Shown piece after piece: positions 59,909 through 64,000 of a stretch of 64,000 bases of DNA. The stretch spans positions 2,858-66,857 of the forward strand of contig DATKSW010000041.1 of the NCBI GenBank assembly GCA_035531435.1, in the 5' to 3' direction. Below the pieces are notes generated by a model. It searched no databases. It had not been told where the DNA came from and saw only the letters and a program-made list of their open reading frames with translations. The DNA comes from Steroidobacteraceae bacterium (GTDB taxonomy: Bacteria > Pseudomonadota > Gammaproteobacteria > Steroidobacterales > Steroidobacteraceae). A program made the position numbers and the translations under genes. The stretch's first letter is position 1, and each line of letters begins with the position of its first letter.

Positions 59909-62311
59909 ATGCATCACGGCAAGGCGTTGCGTCGCAGTCGATACCGGCTACCCGCCGCCCTCGCAATCTCACTGCTTGGCGCGACCGGGCGGTCTGCCGC
60001 CGCACGCGCCGATGTGGCGGCGGCGCCCAATGCATCGCTGCAGGAGATCGTCGTTTTCGGGGCGACGCCGGTGCCCGGGATCGGCATCGATGCGGCGAAG
60101 ATTCCCGACAACATACAATCGATGTTCGCCGGCGATCTGGCGCGCGACGGCACGGCGAGCCTCACCGCCGCACTCAATGACCGGCTCGGCAGCATCAGCA
60201 TCACCGATACGCTCGCCGATCCTTTCCAGCCCGACATCCTCTACAGAGGCTTCGAAGCGTCCCCGGTTCTCGGCGCCTCCCAGGGTCTGGCCGTTTACGA
60301 AAACGGCGCGCGCATCAACGAGGCCTTCGGCGATGCGGTCAACTGGGATCTGATTCCCGATTTCGCGATCCAGCGCATCGATTTGGTCAGTTCCAACCCT
60401 TCTTTCGGACTCAATGCGCTCGGCGGCGCGCTCGCGATCACGATGAAGAACGGTTTCAACGCCCGCGGCGGCGAGGCGGATCTGTCCGGCGGCTCCTTCA
60501 ACCAGCGCACGGGTTCCGCGCAATTCGGCGCGAACAACGGCCGCTTCGGCATTTATGTCGCCGCCAAGGCGCTGAATCAAGACGGCTGGCGGCGGTTCGC
60601 GAACGATTCGGTGCACCAGTTCTACACCGATATCAGCGCGCGCGGCGAGCGCGCCAGCATCGATCTTAGCTACTCGTACGCGGACAACGGCTTGTTCGGC
60701 CAGGGCGCCGCGCCGGTGCAGGAACTCGCGGTCAGCCGGCAGCTCGATTTCACCGGTCCGCAGAACAATTTCAATCGGCTGAATTTCGCCGAGTTCGACG
60801 CATCCTTCGCGTTCAGCGATTCTTTATCGGTGCAGAACGTGCTCTACGCCCGCGACTATGATCAGAGCGTCGCCAACGGCAACACGACGAGATACACGGC
60901 ATGCACTTCGGCGCAGTACGCGGGATCGCTGTGCCAGGCCGACGGCCTCAGCCCCTTGCGCGACGGTGGCGGAGCGCTGATTGCCGATATCTCCGCCGGC
61001 AACACCGTACCGATCGGCGAAAACGATTTCGAGTCGATACGCTCGCGCGGTCTCGGCGGCTCCCTGCAAATCAGCGATGCTCGGCGGCTGTTCGGCCACG
61101 GCAATCAACTCACCGCCGGCATCGCGGTCGATACCGCCCGCGTGGCGTATTCCTCGGGCGCCGAACTCGGTGTCATCAACGCGGCGCTGATGGTATCGAG
61201 TTCGGGGATTTTCGTCGCGACGCCGGAAAGTTCGCCGTTCTCGGCGACTCCGGTGGACGTGGGCTCGACGAGCCGTTACGACGGCTTCTACGCGACCGAC
61301 ACTTTCGACGCGAGCCGGCGGCTTGCGATCACCGCGAGCGCACGCTACAACGACGCGCGCTTGGATTTCGCGGATCACCGCGGCACTCTGTTGAGCGGCG
61401 CGAATCACTTCGGCCACTTCAACCCGGCGCTCGGCGCGACCTATCGATTGCGGCGCAGGGCGACCGTCTACGCGGATTACGCCGTCACCAACCGCGCGCC
61501 GACGATGAGCGAGATCGAGTGCTCGCAGCCCCTGAAGCCGTGCGTGTTGCCGGCAAATCTCGCCGGCGACCCGCCGAATTTGCGGCAGGTCGTGGCGCAT
61601 ACCGCGGAGATCGGGCTGCGCGGAAAAACTTTGCCGGCGGTCGGCGCAGCGGGTGGCGTGGCGTGGAACCTGAGCGCGTTCCGCACGGTGCTGGACGACG
61701 ACATCTATGCGATCGCGGCGTCGAACAGCAGCGGCTATTTCAAGAATATCGGCGCGACGCGCAGGCAGGGGTTCGAGGCGGGATACTCCTATCGCGGCGA
61801 ACGCTGGTCGGGCTACGCCGAGTACAGCTACGTGGACGCGACGTTCCAAACGCAATTCACCGAGCATTCGCCGTCCAATCCGCATCAGGACGCCAACGGC
61901 AATGTGGTGGTTCTCCCGGGCGATCAACTTCCGGGGATTCCGCGGCAGCGGATCAAATTCGGCGGCGACTACGATCTCGGCAAGCATTGCACCGTGGGCG
62001 CCGAGCTGATATTCGTCGGCGCGCAATATTACCGCGGCGACGAGTCGAATCAGAATCCCGAGCTTCCCGCCTACCACGTGCTCACCGTACATTCCTCCTA
62101 CCGCATCGCCCACGACGTGGAAATCTTCGGCTCGATCCAGAACCTCCTCGACGAAAGATACGCGACCTTCGGGCTGTTCGGCGACCCGACCGGAGTGGGG
62201 GCCCCGGGCATTCCCGCCGGCGCCGGCTCGAACGATCCGCGCGTCGACAATCGATTTCAGAGTCCGGCGGCGCCGCGCGCGTATTTTGCGGGCATCCGCG
62301 TGCGTTTCTGA
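59909..62311 (+). CDS. TonB-dependent outer-membrane receptor
   Basis: Signal peptide, TonB-box-like LQEIVVFG, plug motifs (DILYRGF, VYENGARINE), C-terminal YFAGIRVRF. Confidence 0.9.
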   Translation: MHHGKALRRSRYRLPAALAISLLGATGRSAAARADVAAAPNASLQEIVVFGATPVPGIGIDAAKIPDNIQSMFAGDLARDGTASLTAALNDRLGSISITDTLADPFQPDILYRGFEASPVLGASQGLAVYENGARINEAFGDAVNWDLIPDFAIQRIDLVSSNPSFGLNALGGALAITMKNGFNARGGEADLSGGSFNQRTGSAQFGANNGRFGIYVAAKALNQDGWRRFANDSVHQFYTDISARGERASIDLSYSYADNGLFGQGAAPVQELAVSRQLDFTGPQNNFNRLNFAEFDASFAFSDSLSVQNVLYARDYDQSVANGNTTRYTACTSAQYAGSLCQADGLSPLRDGGGALIADISAGNTVPIGENDFESIRSRGLGGSLQISDARRLFGHGNQLTAGIAVDTARVAYSSGAELGVINAALMVSSSGIFVATPESSPFSATPVDVGSTSRYDGFYATDTFDASRRLAITASARYNDARLDFADHRGTLLSGANHFGHFNPALGATYRLRRRATVYADYAVTNRAPTMSEIECSQPLKPCVLPANLAGDPPNLRQVVAHTAEIGLRGKTLPAVGAAGGVAWNLSAFRTVLDDDIYAIAASNSSGYFKNIGATRRQGFEAGYSYRGERWSGYAEYSYVDATFQTQFTEHSPSNPHQDANGNVVVLPGDQLPGIPRQRIKFGGDYDLGKHCTVGAELIFVGAQYYRGDESNQNPELPAYHVLTVHSSYRIAHDVEIFGSIQNLLDERYATFGLFGDPTGVGAPGIPAGAGSNDPRVDNRFQSPAAPRAYFAGIRVRF

Positions 62312-62332
62312 AAACATCGTAGACTGACCGGG

Positions 62333-63676
62333 ATGGACGGACTGCCCACACCCCGCCGCTACCTGGCGATTACGGCGACGGCACTCGGCAGCGCGCTTGC
62401 GGTCATCGACGGTTCGATCGCCACGGTCGCGTTGCCGACACTGGCTCGGGATCTGCACGTGGATTCCTCCTCCGCGGTCATGGTGGTTACCGTCTATCAG
62501 CTGGTACTGGTGATGACGCTGCTGCCGTTGGCCGCGCTCGGCAGCCACATCGGCCTGCGGCGTGTGTACCAATACGGGCAGATGACTTTTCTGGTCGCGA
62601 CCATGCTGTGCTTCTTTGCCAGAAATTTGCCGTTTCTGATCGTCGTGCGGGCGATTCAGGCACTCGGCGCCGCAGCATCGCTCGGCGTGTCGAGCGCGTT
62701 GATTCGGCATATCTATCCGAGCCGTCAGCTCGGCCGCGGCCTCGGAATCAGCAATGTCGTCGTCGCCAGCGGCAATGCGATTGCGCCGACGCTGGGCGGT
62801 CTGGTGCTTGCCGTGGCGAATTGGCCATGGATTTTCGCTGCCGCGGCGCCGTTGGCCCTGTTGTCGCTGATCCTCGGCAGGCATTCGCTGCCGGCGCCGC
62901 CGCCGCTCGACGCTCCATACGACGTATTCGGTGCCGTGCTGTGCGCTCTGACGTTCGGCTTGACGATTGCCGGCCTGGAGAGCGCGGTGCACGGCGGTGC
63001 GCCGGCCATCGCCGCCGCGCTGATCGGCGCCGGGGTGCTGCTCGCCGTCTGGTTCGTGAGGCGCGAGCTGAAGACGGCGATTCCGATACTGCCGGTCGAT
63101 CTGCTCGCGAGACCCCTGCTGGCGCTGTCGACGGCGAGCGGATTCGCGGCGTTCGTCGCCTCGATGACCCTGATGCTCTCCCTGCCGTTTCGGCTGCAGC
63201 AGCACTACGGGTTCTCGCCGGCCGAGGTCGGCGCGGCGATCACGCCGTGGCCGCTCGCGATGATGCTATTCGCGCCGCTCGCCGGCACGCTGTCGGATCG
63301 CTTTCACGCCGGAATCCTCGGCGCGATCGGCATGAGCATCGCGGTCGCGGCCTTGTTGCTGCTCGCGTTTCTGCCGGCGCATCTTACGCATTTTGCGATC
63401 GCCTGGCGCATGGCTCTGTGCGGCACCGGATTCGCATTTTTCACGGCGCCGAATGCGCGTTTGATCGTGCATTCCGCGCCGCACGAACGTGCGGCGTCGG
63501 CCGGCGGTTTGATTTCGACCACGCGCCTGCTGGGTCAGACCGTGGGCGCGACGCTGCTCGCTGCGCTGCTGGCGATGGGCATCGGCAGCAATCGCGTGCC
63601 GGCGCTGGTCGCGGCGGGACTCGCGGCGTTCGTCGGCATCTGCAGCCTGGCGCGCCTGAAAACGAGCTCGGACTAG
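62333..63676 (+). CDS. MFS transporter (drug:H+ antiporter-like)
   Basis: 12-14 TM segments, GSHIGLRRVY motif A-like loop, typical DHA-family N-terminus. Confidence 0.85.
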   Translation: MDGLPTPRRYLAITATALGSALAVIDGSIATVALPTLARDLHVDSSSAVMVVTVYQLVLVMTLLPLAALGSHIGLRRVYQYGQMTFLVATMLCFFARNLPFLIVVRAIQALGAAASLGVSSALIRHIYPSRQLGRGLGISNVVVASGNAIAPTLGGLVLAVANWPWIFAAAAPLALLSLILGRHSLPAPPPLDAPYDVFGAVLCALTFGLTIAGLESAVHGGAPAIAAALIGAGVLLAVWFVRRELKTAIPILPVDLLARPLLALSTASGFAAFVASMTLMLSLPFRLQQHYGFSPAEVGAAITPWPLAMMLFAPLAGTLSDRFHAGILGAIGMSIAVAALLLLAFLPAHLTHFAIAWRMALCGTGFAFFTAPNARLIVHSAPHERAASAGGLISTTRLLGQTVGATLLAALLAMGIGSNRVPALVAAGLAAFVGICSLARLKTSSD

Positions 63677-63844
63677 GCTGCCGCGCCGCCGCCGAGCCCG
63701 TATACTGTCGTCCGTCTGCGCGGCCTCGACGCCGCGATACCCTTCCCGCAGCGCGAGGTGCGCAGGCGCCAGAGCGCCGCTCGAGCCGGCGATCCGCGGC
63801 GGCCGATCGGCAGCCGACCAAAAGCCGCATTACGGAGTCTTGCG

Positions 63845-64000
63845 ATGAGCCACGCGCACACGATTCATCGAAGTCAGCACCATCATGGGTGGGACAACTC
63901 GCTCGCCGCGGCGCTGTGCATCGCCCCGGGCGAAGCGGTCGAGTTCGACGTCATCGATGCTTCGGGAGGACAGCTGACGCCGGGCTCCGGCGTTGCGGAT
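63845..64000 (+). CDS. Acetamidase/formamidase-family protein, 5' fragment (runs off the window)
   Basis: MSHAHTIHRSQHHHGWDNSLAAALCIAPGEAVEFDVIDASGGQL resembles the N-terminus of FmdA/AmdA-type amidases. GGAG before the ATG. Open to the window end. Confidence 0.6.
   Translation, partial: MSHAHTIHRSQHHHGWDNSLAAALCIAPGEAVEFDVIDASGGQLTPGSGVAD

Overview
High-GC proteobacterial chromosomal segment, densely coding, with about 55 genes, mostly in co-directional blocks with overlapping stop/start codons. I recognised no rRNA, tRNA, CRISPR array, transposase or integrase. In order, the window holds:
- a PilZ gene overlapping a divergent UvrA-family ATPase, then slyD and rimO
- a 14-gene, roughly 12.9 kb xanthomonadin/aryl-polyene-like lipid-pigment cluster (5693-18588, minus strand)
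- an OmpR/histidine-kinase pair coupled to an M13 peptidase and a hydrolase
- a sigma54/NtrC-type glnK-amtB-porin unit
- an orphan C-methyltransferase, then tamA-tamB
- an envelope block of LapA-like, RDD, ECF sigma, membrane partner and a beta-helix/TM/RDD fusion protein, followed by mipA
- a lanthanide-type PQQ alcohol dehydrogenase island (beta-propeller, XoxF, XoxJ fused to ankyrin repeats, XoxG-like cytochrome c) next to a sigma54 enhancer-binding protein
- glutathione-linked formaldehyde oxidation genes (gfa, adhC, fghA) and a porin
- an RND efflux operon flanked by a YHS-like lipoprotein and a secreted SRPBCC protein
- a TonB-dependent receptor, an MFS transporter and the 5' end of a formamidase-family gene

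The most noteworthy observations are:
1. Three sigma54-type promoters around the enhancer-binding protein gene, each preceded at a similar distance by a TGT-N12-ACA dyad.
2. The XoxJ-ankyrin fusion.
3. The pigment cluster, which carries an intact halogenase signature but has no starter-unit enzyme in cis.
4. The ECF-linked beta-helix/RDD membrane protein.
5. PilZ translationally coupled to a UvrA paralogue.

All family assignments come from reading the translated ORFs by eye. No database search was run.
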